The position numbers were made by a program, and so were the translations under genes. This document shows positions 1 through 9,335 of a DNA stretch of 64,000 bases, piece after piece (position 1 is the first letter of the stretch; each line of letters starts with the position of its first letter). The notes beneath the pieces were generated by a model that was not told the origin of the DNA, searched no databases, and worked only from the letters and a program-made list of their open reading frames with translations. The stretch comes from an uncultured Chloroflexia bacterium (GTDB lineage Bacteria; Chloroflexota; Limnocylindria; Limnocylindrales; CSP1-4): assembly GCA_963813705.1 (NCBI GenBank), contig CAWFAH010000009.1, positions 9,085 through 73,084 on the forward strand, read 5' to 3'.

Positions 1-102
1 CGGTGCTGGCTGGGCCAGCGAGACGCCCGCCCGGCTCGTGGCGACACCTCGAACTTCGGCCGACCGTCCCATCGGCACGTACCGGAGTGGAGGGCTTCGA
101 CG

Positions 103-1467
103 ATGTCACGACTCCTCGGTGCGTCCCTCCTCAGCATCGTCCTCATCGCCGGCTGCGGGAGCGCGGTCACGTCACCGAGTGGGAGCCCCACGCCCGGGGC
201 CTCCGCCTCGTTCTCGCCGACGCCGTCGCCCGCGACCCTCTCGCCCTCGGCGTCCCCAGCACCCACACCCACGCCGGACCCGCTGGCGCTGCTGACCTGG
301 CAGTCGCTCGGGACCATCGCTTCCCCGGAGATCCGTGGCGTGGTCGGCTTCGCCGACGGCTACGTGGCGGTCGGCTCGACGCGCACCGCCTGGTTCTCGC
401 CCGACGGCGTGGCCTGGCAGGCGGTCAAGCTCCCGTTCAAGGTCAAGAAGGACAGCTCCGGGGCGAAGCTCGATGCAGACGTCCAAGCGGTCACGACGGA
501 CGGCCATCGAGTGCTGGTCGTCGGCGCCTACGCCCACGGGCCCTGCCACCTGAGTCCGGGCCTGACCGGTGGCGGGCCGGGCTGTCCGCTCGCCCCGCTC
601 GCCTGGGTCTCCGACGACGGCCGGACGTGGACGAGCGCCTATCCCGGGCCGCTCCCGGCCGACCCGAAGGGGTATGACCAGGGCAGCGAGTTCGTGGCTG
701 CCTGGCCGGTCCCGACCGGCGGCTGGGATGCCGCGCTGTCGTACTGGCAGGGCGAGTCGCTCCACGGGCGCGACCTGATGCACTCGGTGGACGGCCTGAC
801 GTGGACCGCCCTGAAGCCGGCGCCGAAGGCCGTGACGAAAGACTCCGATCCGTTCCCATGGACCCACGAGGGCGTCGCGGACGCGTCCGGGACCCGCCTC
901 CTGTGGCAGGGCTGGAGCGACTTCACCCGTCCGCCGTTCGCGTCCGGCGCCGGCCGGCCGACCTTCACCCTCGCGACGTCGCCGGATGGCCGGACCTGGA
1001 CCGCGATCGACGGCTTCGACGGCAAGGACGTCGAGGTGACCGGAGGCCTGGCTCCGACCGCCGACGCGTCGCGCTGGATCCTGGCCGGGGCGAGCGGCAT
1101 CGTCGACGAGGAGACAGCGATCCCGACTGTCTGGACTTCGACGGACACGTCGGCTTGGACGGCAATCACCCTCCCGATGCCGAGCGGGTCGCTCGCCGGC
1201 CCGAGCGGGGCGCTCATCCGTAGCGTGCAGACGCTGGTCCACGCATCGATCGGCTACGTCGCCGTGACGTCCGTCTGGGACGGCGAGCAGGCCGACCAGG
1301 CGACGTGGCTGAGCCGGGACGGTCTGACCTGGACGGTGACGGCGCATCCGTGGGGCGGCTCGGTCTTCGGACCGGGGATCGTCGCCGACGGGCCGGCCGG
1401 CATCATCGGGATCGGACCCAATCCGGCGGACACCGAGCACTCGGTGGCGGTCTGGCAGCTCCGCTGA
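103..1467 (+). CDS. Secreted lipoprotein with Asp-box/BNR-like repeats (beta-propeller-like)
   Basis: N-terminal signal peptide with lipobox LIAGC. Six spaced S-x-D-G-x-T-W-like motifs (SPDGVAWQ, SDDGRTWT, SVDGLTWT, SPDGRTWT, STDTSAWT, SRDGLTWT). Confidence 0.6.
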   Translation: MSRLLGASLLSIVLIAGCGSAVTSPSGSPTPGASASFSPTPSPATLSPSASPAPTPTPDPLALLTWQSLGTIASPEIRGVVGFADGYVAVGSTRTAWFSPDGVAWQAVKLPFKVKKDSSGAKLDADVQAVTTDGHRVLVVGAYAHGPCHLSPGLTGGGPGCPLAPLAWVSDDGRTWTSAYPGPLPADPKGYDQGSEFVAAWPVPTGGWDAALSYWQGESLHGRDLMHSVDGLTWTALKPAPKAVTKDSDPFPWTHEGVADASGTRLLWQGWSDFTRPPFASGAGRPTFTLATSPDGRTWTAIDGFDGKDVEVTGGLAPTADASRWILAGASGIVDEETAIPTVWTSTDTSAWTAITLPMPSGSLAGPSGALIRSVQTLVHASIGYVAVTSVWDGEQADQATWLSRDGLTWTVTAHPWGGSVFGPGIVADGPAGIIGIGPNPADTEHSVAVWQLR

Positions 1468-1502
1468 GGCGAGGGATCGTTCGTCGCCGCGGCTCCGGCT
1501 GG

Positions 1503-1922
1503 TCAGGGACAGACGGGCGCGAACACGGCCGGGGGAGGGCAGTGCGCTCGCTGGACAGGTAGGCCACTGCTGGCATCGATGACGGTGCGGCTGCCGAGAG
1601 GGTCGCGGAGCTTCGCGACGGACTCGTACGGGATGCCCCCGGACGTCGCAGGTCCGAGCTGGATGTAGAGGGACCGCACCGTGATCGTGACCGTGAACGG
1701 CGTCTCGGTAACGTCCGTCACGCGCACCCAGGCGCCAGGGCCGGTGCCCGTCCCGACGAGCAGCGTCCGGTCGTCGGGGACGCGGTAGTAGTAGATCCAG
1801 GTGGGGCTATCGAGCAGGCGGTACGCGACGAATACCACCAGAGCGACGAGGGCCAGGACGACCCAGCGTCGCCGGACCCTTGAGACCCTCGTCCTCACTG
1901 ACAACAGGCCGTCCTCTTGCAC
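1503..1922 (-). CDS. Hypothetical N-terminally membrane-anchored protein
   Basis: One hydrophobic helix (WVVLALVALVVFVAY) follows a basic N-terminus. Composition is non-shadow-like. No family recognised. Confidence 0.45.
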   Translation of the reverse strand: MQEDGLLSVRTRVSRVRRRWVVLALVALVVFVAYRLLDSPTWIYYYRVPDDRTLLVGTGTGPGAWVRVTDVTETPFTVTITVRSLYIQLGPATSGGIPYESVAKLRDPLGSRTVIDASSGLPVQRAHCPPPAVFAPVCP

Positions 1923-2093
1923 CGGAGCGGCGTGGCCCGCGTGGCGACCGAACTGAAGCCACTCGAGGTGCGCGTCATCGGAGAAGCCGCCGCGGCGGCG
2001 GCTGCCTAGAACGCGCGGGGAATGGTCGGGGCGAGAGGGGTCCAGGCTCCATTTCCCGACTGATCGTGTGGATCGACGGAGGGGGGAGGCGAC

Positions 2094-2375
2094 TTAGTCC
2101 CAGGCCTCGCTCCCGGCCTCTCGCTCGACGTCCTTCCAGGCGTCTAGCAGCGGCTCCCAGTTGAGGGCCGGCTCGTGGATCTGGATATCCTCGAGGCGCT
2201 CGCCAAGAACGATTGACGCCTCTCGGAGCGCCGGGGAGAGGGACTCTTGTTGGAATTCGACAAGCGTGGCCCGGGCTTCATCCTTCGCCTGCCGGACGGG
2301 CGCCCGCATGAACGACGACTCCGCCCCCAGGTCCTCTATGGCCTGCTTCAGGTGGTCGTACACGCGTCGGTCCAC
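2094..2375 (-). CDS. Hypothetical small acidic protein (possibly part of a longer interrupted ORF)
   Basis: 93-aa ORF in a patch of about 60% GC. The same frame stays open upstream to an in-frame TGA at 2409-2411. Confidence 0.3.
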   Translation of the reverse strand: MDRRVYDHLKQAIEDLGAESSFMRAPVRQAKDEARATLVEFQQESLSPALREASIVLGERLEDIQIHEPALNWEPLLDAWKDVEREAGSEAWD

Positions 2376-2610
2376 GGACCGAACGATGCGCTTCGGGGCA
2401 ACCTGTCGTCAATCAAGGGAAGGGTCACGGGCGAGCTCGAGTTGCCGCTCGAGACTCTGGAGGCTCACTCGCGTGTCCGGTAGGTCGAGTTGCGGTGCTG
2501 GTCGATCGCCTTCCCATCGTCCGTGATGCGCGTTGTCGCATCGAGCAACCGCGTGCCGAGGTCAAACCGCTTGCGCCCGCGGGACACCACCACGGCGGTA
2601 CGATGACCCC

Positions 2611-4731
2611 GTGCCGCCCACACGCCCGAACGCCGGCCTGCTGAGGTGGCTGGTCGTCCTCGCCAGCCTGGCCGTGGCGTTGCTGGCGATCGCGCCGGCG
2701 GCATCGGCTGAGTCCATCCCGAAGCTCACCGGGCAGGTGACCGACTCGTCGGGGAAACTCGCCGGGCACGAGGCAGAGATCGAGTCGGCGCTGGCCCAGG
2801 TCCTCAAGGACCATCACGTCCAGGTCTTCGTCCTGTACGTCAAGAACACCGGTGACCTGACCTCGACCGAGTTCTCCGACCAGACCGCCCAGCGCAACTC
2901 GCTCGGCGGCGACGACGCCCTCGTCCTCGTGGCCATCGACGACCGGACCGACGCCATCTGGGTCTCCGACGCCCTCCCGTCGATCACCAGCGACGAGATC
3001 GACGGGGCGATCACGGGCTCGCTCGAGCCCGGTCTCCAGGCCGGCGACTTCGCCGGCGCCGCGATCGATACGGCGAAGGCCCTGGGGCAGGCCAACGACA
3101 GCCCCGCACCGCAGCCCACGACCGAGCCCGTCACCGCCTTCCCCGAGCCGCCGCCTCCGGGCGGCGGCGGCTCGAGCGAGGGTGCCGGGGGCGTCGGCGG
3201 GGTCTTCGGCGCATTCCTCGGAATCGTCTTCCTGCTGGCCGGAGGCGGCCTGCTCGGCTGGTGGTTCATGCGCCGGCGCGCCGCCGGTGCGCTGGCCCGG
3301 AAGGCCGCGGCCGACGCTGCGGCCCTCGCCCAGCGCGCGAACGCGCTCCTCATCGCCACCGACGAGCGCATCCGCGACGCCCGCCAGGAGGTCGACTTCG
3401 CCGAGGCGCAGTACGGAGCGGCCGAGGTGACCGGGCTTCGGGCCGCAGTGGCGGCCGCCCAGGACGAGCTCAAGGCGGCGTTCACGATCCGCCAGAAGCT
3501 CGACGACGAGATCCCCGAGGACGACGCGACTCGGGAGGCGATGCAGCGCGAGATCGTCGACCGGACGACCCGCGCCCAGGAGACGCTCGACAAGGAGACC
3601 GGCCGGATCCGCGAGCTCCGCGACCTCGAGCGCGACGCCCCGAACACGCTCGTCGAGCTGCCCGAGAAGATCGAGGCGGTCGAGGACCGGCTGCCGGCGG
3701 CCGAGGCGACGCTCGACAAGCTCAAGGGCTACGCCCCGTCGACGCTCAAGCCGGTCGCCGGCAACCTCGAGGAGGCGCGCAAGGGCCTGGCCGGGGCACG
3801 CGACGCGGTCATCGAGGGCAGCGACGCGGTGCGGGACGGGGAGATGGCCAGGGTCGCGGTGGCGACTCGAACGGCGCTCGAGGGAGTGACCGGCGCCGAC
3901 GCGTTGCTCAAGGCGGTCGACCAGCTCGCGGCGACGATCGCGGATGCCGAGAGCCGGGTCCCGACCGAAGCGGCAGCGGCCGACCAGGACCTCGCCGACG
4001 CGCAGGCGGCGCTGACGGGACGCCCGACGAGCCCGCAGCTGGCGGCGCAGCTGACGGCGGCCAAGACGGCGATCGACGATGCCCGCCGGGCGGCGGGGAC
4101 CACGCCGGCCGACCCTCCCGATGCCCTGCGCCGGGCGACCGAGGCGCATCGGCTGGCGACCATCGCGCTCGCCGCCGCGCGGGAGTCGGCGGCCGCGACG
4201 GACCGGCTGATCGCCTCGGCCCGCTCGTCGGTCCAGACGGCGACGGCCGAGATCCAGCGCGCGGAGGCCTTCGTGAGCGTGCGCCGGCGGGGTGTCGGCG
4301 ACACGGCGCGGACCCGCCTCGCCGAGGCGCAGCGTTTCCTCGAACAGGCGACCGGCCTGGTCGATTCAGATCCGGCGGCCGCGGTGACGGCGGCCCAGCG
4401 GGCCCAGTCGCTCGCCGAGGACGCCTACCGGCTGGCAGATGACGACTTCAACGACTGGAACCAGGGCGGTCCCGGCTGGGGCCAGCGCACCGGCGGCTCC
4501 GGTGGGGCGCAGACAGCGGACGTCCTCGGCGCGATCCTCGGCGGGGTTCTGGCCGGCGGGCGCGGGGGCGGGTTCGGTGGCGGGGGCGGCTGGGGCGGCT
4601 CGCCGTGGGGTGGCGGCGGAGGCGGCGGCCGCAGCGGCGGCTGGGGCGGGGGCGGCGGCTTCGGCTCCGGCGGGTTCGGTGGAGGGGGCGGCGGCGGTGG
4701 TGGCGGTCACTCGCAAGGTGGCCATTGGTGA
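2611..4731 (+). CDS. TPM-domain membrane protein with a long coiled-coil region and a Gly-rich C-terminal tail
   Basis: Signal/TM segment LLRWLVVLASLAVALLAIAPAASA, then a TPM-like block (GQVTDSSGKL...VFVLYVKNTG...ALVLVAIDDR). A second TM helix, about 400 aa of Ala/Glu/Arg-rich helical repeats, and a poly-Gly/Trp tail follow. In-frame GTG at 2611 is preferred over the ORF-track start 2533. Confidence 0.75.
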   Translation: MPPTRPNAGLLRWLVVLASLAVALLAIAPAASAESIPKLTGQVTDSSGKLAGHEAEIESALAQVLKDHHVQVFVLYVKNTGDLTSTEFSDQTAQRNSLGGDDALVLVAIDDRTDAIWVSDALPSITSDEIDGAITGSLEPGLQAGDFAGAAIDTAKALGQANDSPAPQPTTEPVTAFPEPPPPGGGGSSEGAGGVGGVFGAFLGIVFLLAGGGLLGWWFMRRRAAGALARKAAADAAALAQRANALLIATDERIRDARQEVDFAEAQYGAAEVTGLRAAVAAAQDELKAAFTIRQKLDDEIPEDDATREAMQREIVDRTTRAQETLDKETGRIRELRDLERDAPNTLVELPEKIEAVEDRLPAAEATLDKLKGYAPSTLKPVAGNLEEARKGLAGARDAVIEGSDAVRDGEMARVAVATRTALEGVTGADALLKAVDQLAATIADAESRVPTEAAAADQDLADAQAALTGRPTSPQLAAQLTAAKTAIDDARRAAGTTPADPPDALRRATEAHRLATIALAAARESAAATDRLIASARSSVQTATAEIQRAEAFVSVRRRGVGDTARTRLAEAQRFLEQATGLVDSDPAAAVTAAQRAQSLAEDAYRLADDDFNDWNQGGPGWGQRTGGSGGAQTADVLGAILGGVLAGGRGGGFGGGGGWGGSPWGGGGGGGRSGGWGGGGGFGSGGFGGGGGGGGGGHSQGGHW

Positions 4732-4781
4732 GCCGATGCCATTCGTGCGGCCGATGCCATTCGCGGGCCCGATGGCCCTGC
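4732..4781. repeat. 18-bp tandem direct repeat, about 2.7 copies, between the TPM gene and pspA
   Basis: Units are GCCGATGCCATTCGTGCG, GCCGATGCCATTCGCGGG and CCCGATGGCCCTGC. The repeat starts directly after the TPM stop codon (4729-4731). Confidence 0.8.
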
Positions 4782-4842
4782 ACCACACTCGACGCAAGGC
4801 CTAACGTATGACCACGAGACGCATGGGAAGGAGGCCCTACTG

Positions 4843-5556
4843 ATGGCCCAGACTTCGATCCTCGGCCGGATCAGCCAGCTCATCTCGGCGAACATCAACG
4901 CGATGCTGGACAGCGCTGAGGACCCCGAGAAGATGCTCGACCAGCTGGTCCGCGACTTCACGAACAACATCGCCGAGGCGGAGGACGCGGTCGCCCAGAC
5001 GATCGGCAACCTGCGCATGCTCGAGGACGACGCCAAGGAGGCTCACGCCGCGGCGACCGACTGGGGCGACAAGGCGAAGGCGGCCTCGAAGCGCGCCGAC
5101 GAGCTGCGGACGGCCGGCAACACGAGCGAGGCCGACAAGTTCGACAACCTGGCCCGGATCGCCCTGAGCCGGCAGATCAGCTACGAGGAGCAGGCCAAGA
5201 CGCTCGACACCCAGGTCGCGTCGCAGACCGTCATCGCCGATCAGCTCAAGGACGGCCTCAACAAGCTTCGGGCCAAGCGCGAGGAACTCGTCCAGAAGCG
5301 CGACGAGCTGGTCAGCCGGGCGAAGATGGCCCAGGCGCAGGAGAAGGTCCAGACCTCGCTCAAGGAAGTGTCGGTCATGGACCCGACGAGCGAGCTGTCC
5401 CGGTTCGAGGAGAAGATCCGGCGCCAGGAGGCCCTGGTCCGCGGTCGGGACGAGGTCGCCGCGTCGTCGATCGAGGAGCAGTTCAAGTCCCTCGAGTCCG
5501 ACGAGCAGAACGCCGAAGTGGAGACCCGTCTGGCGGAGCTCAAGTCCGGGGGCTGA
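4843..5556 (+). CDS. pspA: PspA/IM30 (Vipp1) family envelope-stress protein
   Basis: N-terminus SILGRISQLISANINAMLDSAEDPEKMLDQLVRDF is the canonical PspA/IM30 start. All-helical 237 aa. RBS GGAAGGAGG lies upstream. Confidence 0.9.
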   Translation: MAQTSILGRISQLISANINAMLDSAEDPEKMLDQLVRDFTNNIAEAEDAVAQTIGNLRMLEDDAKEAHAAATDWGDKAKAASKRADELRTAGNTSEADKFDNLARIALSRQISYEEQAKTLDTQVASQTVIADQLKDGLNKLRAKREELVQKRDELVSRAKMAQAQEKVQTSLKEVSVMDPTSELSRFEEKIRRQEALVRGRDEVAASSIEEQFKSLESDEQNAEVETRLAELKSGG

Positions 5557-5572
5557 ACTGGGTCGCCCTTGG

Positions 5573-7276
5573 CTACGGGCTCCAGAACCCACTCGGGCCG
5601 TACGCGACGGGACGAGTCGACGTGCCGTCCGCCGGGATGACGACGAGCCGCGTCGAGCCGAGGAAGCTGACCAGCGGCAGCAGCAAGGCCCGGCTGTCGG
5701 GCGACCACAGGCGGTGGCTGCGGGCGTACTGGTCGAAGTAGGGGAGCAGCTCGTTGACGAAGTGGTCGCCAAGCGATACCGCCCGCTCCGATCGGATCGC
5801 ACCGGACGCGACGTCGATGAAGGCGATCCGCTCGAGTGGGCCGGAGAGCTGGGTGGATGGGCCGGACGCCGGCGCAGGCGCGACCGCCCCGGCGAGCACG
5901 ACTCCGGAGGCGCCACCGCTCGCGGACCGGCCACCGTTCCCGGGCCCGCCACCGGTCCCGGCGGTGACGGGATCTTCGCCGGGCTGGCTCGGGAGGATCG
6001 CCGCGATCGTCCTGCCGTCGGGTGACCAGAAGAACGCCACCGCCGGGCGATCGACCAACGTCCGGATGGCGCCGCTGGCGGCGTCGATCAGCCGGATCGG
6101 GCCGGTCGGAAAGGCCTGACCCGGGTCCACCGACGAGTCGGCCGCGAGGGTCGCGAGCGTGTCTCCGGCCGGGTCGAACGCGAACGCCGCGATCCCGACG
6201 ACTGGCATCTCGTGGCTTCCCGAACCGTCGGGCCGGGCCACGACGAGCTGGCCGGATCCCGTGCCGGTCGATCGGACGAACGCCACGTACCGGCCGTCCG
6301 CGCTGTGGCTGGGCGAGCGGAAGTCGCCGGATCCCGTGAGCGTGCTCGCGTCCGCTGCACCACCGACGTCCACCGCACCCGTGAACGCGCCGCGGCCGAC
6401 GCCGACGTGGACGAGCAGCCGGTCCGAGTCGAGCCAGTCGAAGTAGAGCGGCGAGCCGCTGCGGACGATCGAGGCCGGAGCGCCCCCGGCGAGCGGCGCG
6501 CTGCCGTCGGCCGGCGCGACCCGTAGCGACAGCCCGACCGATTCGCTGGCCAGGAAGCCGATCCGCTTCCCGTCCGGCGTCCAGGACAGGTAGAACGGTG
6601 GGACGTCGGCGCTCTGGTAGATCACCGTGGGTGGCGGGCCGTCGGCCTGCCCGAGGTTTGGGCCGCCGCCCAGCCGGACCGCGCCGGCGTTCGGCACGTC
6701 GTAGACGTAGATCGCCCCGCCGTTGGCGTCCGTCCCCACGGCCGCGACCCGCGTGCCGTCGGGCGACCAGGCGGGGAACCCGAACGTCACCCCGGGCGCA
6801 GGGTAGACGACTCGCGAGCCGCCGCCATCGTCCATCGTCCAGAGCGAGCCGTTGCTGTCGACCGTCGCGATCAGGTGGGATGAGGTCGGGGCGACAGCCA
6901 CGAGCGGCGGCTCGAGCGGCAGCTCGCCGGGCGTCGGGGTCGGGGTCGGTGCTGGGACGATGGAGGCCCCCGGCGATGGCCCCGCGTCGAGGGCGGGAGC
7001 GGTTCGGGAGTCGAGCGCCGCCTGCTTGTCCTGGTCCCCGAAGGCGCCCAGTCGGGTGAGCCCGGCGAGCACGACGACCCCGGCGAGGATCCCGACCGCG
7101 ACCCCGATCCGCAGGCCGTTGCCCCGGCCTGGTCGGACGGCCTCGAGCGCGGGGACCGGCGTGTGCCTGGGTTGTGGCTCGTCAGGACGTCGCGGATCCG
7201 CCATCGCATCACGATACGGGCCCGCGCCGAATGCGGTTTGTGCGGGCCCGCGCCACAACGGAAGACGGCGTGCCAC
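5573..7276 (-). CDS. Membrane-anchored PD40/TolB-like beta-propeller protein
   Basis: TM helix IGVAVGILAGVVVLAGL. Repeated PD40-type motifs (AWSPDGTRVA, SWTPDGKRIG, SADGRYVAF, FWSPDGRTIA, LWSPDSRALL). Alternative start at 7204. Confidence 0.7.
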   Translation of the reverse strand: MARRLPLWRGPAQTAFGAGPYRDAMADPRRPDEPQPRHTPVPALEAVRPGRGNGLRIGVAVGILAGVVVLAGLTRLGAFGDQDKQAALDSRTAPALDAGPSPGASIVPAPTPTPTPGELPLEPPLVAVAPTSSHLIATVDSNGSLWTMDDGGGSRVVYPAPGVTFGFPAWSPDGTRVAAVGTDANGGAIYVYDVPNAGAVRLGGGPNLGQADGPPPTVIYQSADVPPFYLSWTPDGKRIGFLASESVGLSLRVAPADGSAPLAGGAPASIVRSGSPLYFDWLDSDRLLVHVGVGRGAFTGAVDVGGAADASTLTGSGDFRSPSHSADGRYVAFVRSTGTGSGQLVVARPDGSGSHEMPVVGIAAFAFDPAGDTLATLAADSSVDPGQAFPTGPIRLIDAASGAIRTLVDRPAVAFFWSPDGRTIAAILPSQPGEDPVTAGTGGGPGNGGRSASGGASGVVLAGAVAPAPASGPSTQLSGPLERIAFIDVASGAIRSERAVSLGDHFVNELLPYFDQYARSHRLWSPDSRALLLPLVSFLGSTRLVVIPADGTSTRPVAYGPSGFWSP

Positions 7277-7363
7277 TCGGCACGCCGTCTCGCTGGGGCT
7301 CCGTGAGCCGGGACATCGGTTAGAACTCCATCCGTCGCATCCTCCTCGCGGCGAGGGCCACGA

Positions 7364-8145
7364 TCAGGCCGATCGAACCAGCCACGCGACGGGGGTCACC
7401 GGCGAGCCGATCTTGCCCGTCCCCAGCTCCATCAGCCAGCCCAGGATCGAGGTCGGCAGCACGTCGTTGAGCGGGGCCCAGATCCCGCCCAGGATCGATG
7501 GGATGAACAGGACGCCGAGCCCGACGGTCACCACCACGGCCTGGCTGCGGGCGTAGGCACCCGTCGCAAGGCCGATCGCGGTGAACAGCACGACCGAGGC
7601 GAGCAGCGCGACCGTCGTAGCGATCACGATCGATCGGGTCGAGGGCCCCGTAGAGGGCGACCACGACCACGGTGGTCACGGCCACTGGGATGAGCACCGC
7701 GACCACGAACAGCGTCGCGCTGGCGGTGATCCACTTCGAGAGCCAGATGCTGAGGCGTGAGACGGGCTTCGAGGCGGTCCAGGCGAGCGTGCCGGACTCG
7801 CGCTCGGTGGCGAAGAGGCTCATCGTGGCGAAGATCGCCGCGATGATGACGAACTGGGTGCCGATGGCCGCCAGGAAGTTGTCCAGCGGGACCATCGAGA
7901 CGGGCTCGATCTGCTGGCCGGTCTCCTGCCGGGAAGCTGGCGATCACCCAGTGGTTGATCGCGCCGTTCGCGGCCGTCAGCCCGAGGATCGGGGTGACGA
8001 CGAGCGCGGTGACCCAGGCTCGCTTGCCGCGGAGCCATTCGCGGAAGTCCTTGCGGACGAGCGGTCCGAGGCCCAGCAGGGTCGCGGAGCCGGCGCCGGA
8101 CGCGACGCTGGCGACGCGCTCGACGGCGATGGGGGTGGCGTTCAT
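7364..8145 (-). pseudogene. ABC-2 type transporter permease split over three reading frames
   Basis: Permease-like sequence continues across three frames: 8145 to about 7930, about 7925 to about 7640 (ERESGTLAWTASKPVSR motif), and 7627 to 7364. Junctions lie near 7921-7940 and 7621-7640. The start overlaps the ATPase stop (ATGA). Confidence 0.7.
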
Positions 8146-9095
8146 GCCGCATGCTCCTTCGGGTCGATCAGGCGGAGGAAGACGTCCTCCAGGTCGAGAT
8201 GGACGGGGCTGTTCTCGGTGATGAGCAGGTCGTTTGCGGCGGCGTATCCCTGGACGGCCCGCTGGACCGTGCCGCTCGCGTCCGGCGCGACGGTCAGGAC
8301 GTACGTCCGGCTGTCACCGTCGACCGTCGCCGGCTCGACGGAGGAGACGCCGGCCAGCGCTCCGAGACCCGCGGCGACGTCCGTCGCGGTGCCCGTGAAC
8401 GTGACCCGGAGCTGATCCTGGGTGAAGCTGCCGAGGAGCTCGGCGGTCGGGGCGGCCCGCACGAGCCGACCGTGATCGAGGATCGCCACGTAGTCACTGA
8501 CCCGCTCGACGTCCTCGAGGATGTGGGTGGAGTAGAAGATGGTCGTCTCGCCCTTCAGTCGCTCGAGCAGGTCGAACGCGGCCTTGCGACCGATTGGATC
8601 GAGCGCGCTGACCGGCTCGTCGAGGAGCAGGACCGACGGCCGCCCGACGAGGGCCTGGGCGATCCCGAGCCGCTGGCGCATGCCGCCGGAGTAGGTCCGC
8701 GTCCGGCGCTCGGCCGCGTCCCCGAGCCCGACGAGCTCGAGCAGGCTGTCGACCCGCGCCTCGATCGGATCCTCGACCCAGGGGAAGAACGACGCCGCAT
8801 AGCGGATCGTCTCGCGCCCGGACATCCAGTCGTAGAAGCGGGGTTCCTGGCCGAGGTAGCCGATCGCCCGCTTGTAGGCCTCGCCGGCCTCGAGCGGGAC
8901 ACCGGCCACGATGGCGCTGCCGCTCGTCGGCCGGGCGAGCCCGGCCAGGAGCTTGAGCGCGGTCGTCTTCCCGGCGCCGTTCGGGCCGAGGAAGCCGTAG
9001 ATCGAGCCGGCCGGCACCTCGAGGTCCAGGTCGGTCAGGGCCTGGACGCCCGAGTAGTGCTTGGTCAGCCCGTTGGTGCTGATCGCCGAGGTCAT
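8142..9095 (-). CDS. ABC transporter ATP-binding protein
   Basis: Walker A GPNGAGKTT, signature YSGGMRQRL, Walker B LLLDEP. RBS AGGAGG lies before the ATG at 9095. Confidence 0.9.
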   Translation of the reverse strand: MTSAISTNGLTKHYSGVQALTDLDLEVPAGSIYGFLGPNGAGKTTALKLLAGLARPTSGSAIVAGVPLEAGEAYKRAIGYLGQEPRFYDWMSGRETIRYAASFFPWVEDPIEARVDSLLELVGLGDAAERRTRTYSGGMRQRLGIAQALVGRPSVLLLDEPVSALDPIGRKAAFDLLERLKGETTIFYSTHILEDVERVSDYVAILDHGRLVRAAPTAELLGSFTQDQLRVTFTGTATDVAAGLGALAGVSSVEPATVDGDSRTYVLTVAPDASGTVQRAVQGYAAANDLLITENSPVHLDLEDVFLRLIDPKEHAA

Positions 9096-9335
9096 GCTGC
9101 CTCCTTCGTGGTGGTCATCCGTCTCGCCGGTGGGTCCGCCGAGCTGAGACGACCGTAGGTGGCGGGCACGGGCCGGCACATCGGGCGGTCGAGGTATCCG
9201 CGCCCCGGCGGCTCTTCAGATTCGCGGCTCGGTGCCGGCGAGCCTCTTTAGTCGGGGACAGGACCCGGTCCGCTCGAGTGCCGGACCGCGGGCGCCCATG
9301 AACGGCTCGGTCCGGGTCGGCCTACCATCGACTCG

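Noticed and set aside
2425-4149. Long antisense ORFs of 400-1000 aa. Examples: 2425-4149 (-), 9339-11735 (-), 15707-18223 (-), 39706-41580 (-), 44972-46291 (-), 25550-26530 (+).
   Set aside because: They lie opposite genes with clear family motifs. They are Arg/Pro/Gly/Asp-rich with no recognisable domains. This is the expected shadow-ORF artefact of about 70% GC DNA.
7364-8145. Programmed ribosomal frameshifting as the explanation for the split genes.
   Set aside because: There are too many sites in unrelated genes. I saw no shared slippery heptamer or downstream structure at the junctions. Both +1 and -1 shifts occur, sometimes twice within 70 nt.
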